A stretch of DNA of 63,091 nt, filler included, from Sphacelaria rigidula (Eukaryota): the NCBI GenBank assembly GCA_964200075.2. It is 3 parts of 3 records of this genome, joined end to end, with 100 filler letters (N's around TTAATTAATTAA, not from the genome) between each part and the next. Parts side by side here need not be neighbours in the genome. Positions count along the whole stretch, not along the records: positions 42,171 to 63,091 come from CAXNAA020000479.1; 2 more parts are not named here. The stretch is one strand, 5' to 3'. Position numbers and translations under genes: made by a program. Every line of letters starts with the position of its first letter. Position 1 is the first letter of the stretch. The notes under the pieces are model-generated. The model searched no databases and was not told where the DNA came from. It saw only the letters and a program-made list of their open reading frames with translations. This document shows positions 61,101 to 63,091 of the stretch, piece after piece.

Positions 61101-61570
61101 AGTGAACGTACCCAGCTATGGTTTACAGACAGGCCGTAGATCATTACATGCTAACTGTATGTTTTTTACCTCCCATCAGACTGCATTTCCCCACTTTCAT
61201 CACGGCTGACCCATCCTCGAGATCCTTCTCAGAAGTAGCACTAGTCGTTGTACCTTGTCGTTCCTCCATGTACTGAACTGAACCACCCAAGTCCTGCTTC
61301 AACAGCCGGCCAGTACGTACCAGGGCAGGCCGGCCTCGGTATTTTTTAAAGTAATTTAGTCTACTTTGTCAGACCCGTGATCGCATATATGCTTTATCCG
61401 ATCCGTGTGTCGAATGTAGCTAAAGCAGAGAGACAATATATTCATGCGGCACAGAAAAAGTACTTTACGTATGTTAGAACAGTGCAATGCGTACTAAAAG
61501 GCGAAGAACAGCGAAATGTGTGTAAAAAACAAAATATCCCATAGATAATCATGACCTATATCGTAAGCAG

Positions 61571-61967
61571 GCATCTACAACTACAGCTGATATCATTCAA
61601 GGCATCCATTGCCTGGAATTGTACGGGGAAGAGACCAAGCCATGGAGGGAGACTCAAGCGATGAAGGGCTGCATAGGAGAGGGCAAGGATCAGAGCATGA
61701 AAGAGCGCTGGGGATTGAGATCTCGAGAGATCCTCACGGCGAAAGTAAGGATGATAGACAACACACTCGTTGTACAGAGTATATGATTTCAAATCGAAAT
61801 GAAAAACTCAAAAACTCCAAACGGTACATACACCATCATGCACATCCGATCGACGCAGGGCTTGCTGTTGCGAGATCGCACACGGGCTAACGTTAGAGAT
61901 GCTGTAATGGACCCCGGTATGGTCGAACATATGTCGCACGCCCCGAGGGTGTGCAAGAACTGCTGGT
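61571..61967 (+). CDS. Possible exons of an unidentified plus-strand gene
   Basis: Two AG...GT-bounded open segments in phase 0 (about 61571-61744 ASTTTADIIQG...REILTAK and about 61896-61964 RCCNGPRYG...VQELL). No recognisable domain. Confidence 0.25.
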
Positions 61968-62399
61968 GAGAATAGGGAAGTTGCTCAACAACTTCGACTC
62001 TCGTGCCGCTTTTCAGGTTTGAACCCTGGCCGTTGACATAATTTGCTACCCTGAAGCATCCGTGAAACGGTTTTGGTCCGTTGCATTACCGATGTACACC
62101 GCAGAAGCTGTTGAAGTACAGTCATTGCTGTCTTCACGGAGTGGCCTATTGCTGCACAATTGATGGTTGCACTACGCGCAGTCGATCCGTGAACCTGGGA
62201 GGTACAGCTGTCCGGCAGCGGGCGTTGAAGGTTTCATACGAAGTCGTTTGAAATCAGGAAGCACATGGTAAACGTTGTATAACACCCCCAGTGATATGTT
62301 CGGCTGTTCTTGGCATTATCTCGGTATCTGCTATACAAGTCAGCACCGCAGAATATGCTGCATATCACTCAGGTGTAGTATATCAATCTCTGAATAAAA

Positions 62400-62793
62400 G
62401 AGGTCGGAAATGGTTTGTCTAGCCATTAACCAGTTGAGTGGTTACGCGTACCGCACTCATTAACCAGTTAAATGGTACATAATGGTGTAGTCATCGAGCG
62501 GCGCAGGCGTGAGCCAAAAAGCCCCCCCCCCGGCAGGGGGGGTTCCGCCGGAGGTACCCCCGGAGGGCCCTGCTGGAGGCGCCGTGCTGGAAGCACGTTT
62601 CACGCGATTTGGCTTCACGAGAGCTAAAAAATACGTGAATTTCGGACCAATTTTCAAGGGCTGTATGAAGCATACGTAGCCGGTAACGGTAAATAATGGT
62701 TTGAAACCATTATCCAAAACTTTCATATAACCGTTACCACTATTACCATCATAAGGATAATGGCCAGTTATAACTGGTACCATTTCCGAGCTC
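62400..62793. mobile_element. MITE, copy 2, inverted relative to 54768-55170
   Basis: Termini GAGGTCGGAAATGGT / ACCATTTCCGAGCTC|TA. The interior is a diverged reverse complement of copy 1. Confidence 0.8.
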
Positions 62794-63091
62794 TACTGAA
62801 TAACACACCCAAGTGATGGGTATTCGGCCACTGTATTTTGGCACAGTGTAAGTATCTATAATTGTAGTGTTTGCGGGACGTGATATCTCCCCCCAATCAC
62901 TAATTACCTCTACCCGGGTGATGATTTTCCCAAGGTTGTGTGCTGTACGGTATACTGGCTGGAATTATCAATAGGGTATTTTCAGACGTATAAAATAAGT
63001 ATTCAATACATCCGAACCATAGAGGGAAATGTACCAATTAAGATACGCTCAAGGCACCTAGCGGGAAAAACTCTATATCTTGGGACCCATG

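Noticed and set aside
1..63091. Autonomous transposase, reverse transcriptase, Fanzor/TnpB or giant-virus genes
   Set aside because: No ORF with DDE, YxDD, RuvC or viral hallmark motifs was recognisable. All mobile elements seen are non-autonomous or decayed.

Overview
Eukaryotic, intron-rich, repeat-rich genomic DNA. The GT-AG introns, long low-complexity exons and a bipartite plastid-targeting presequence fit a photosynthetic stramenopile, most likely a brown alga (inference). The window is not one continuous locus: two 100-nt spacers (44N-TTAATTAATTAA-44N at 21001-21100 and 42071-42170) are artificial contig linkers, and genes are cut off next to both. Spliced gene models built by hand: a partial or possibly decayed inositol polyphosphate 5-phosphatase; an AP-3 sigma subunit (3' end missing); an Iwr1/SLC7A6OS-like RNA polymerase II import factor with an unexpected ankyrin-repeat exon; a plastid-targeted DNL zinc-finger (Hep/Zim17-type) protein; the 3' half of a DUF2358/SnoaL-like protein; a Tesmin/TSO1/LIN54-like CXC-domain protein; and a Tim17/Tim22-family membrane protein. 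Intergenic and intronic DNA holds a solo LTR with TSD, non-autonomous hAT-like elements, TA-flanked MITEs, tRNA-derived SINEs, foldback hairpins, minisatellites and microsatellites. No CRISPR array, rRNA or intact tRNA is supported. The most novel-looking item is the Iwr1-ankyrin architecture; no clear new multi-gene system is evident.
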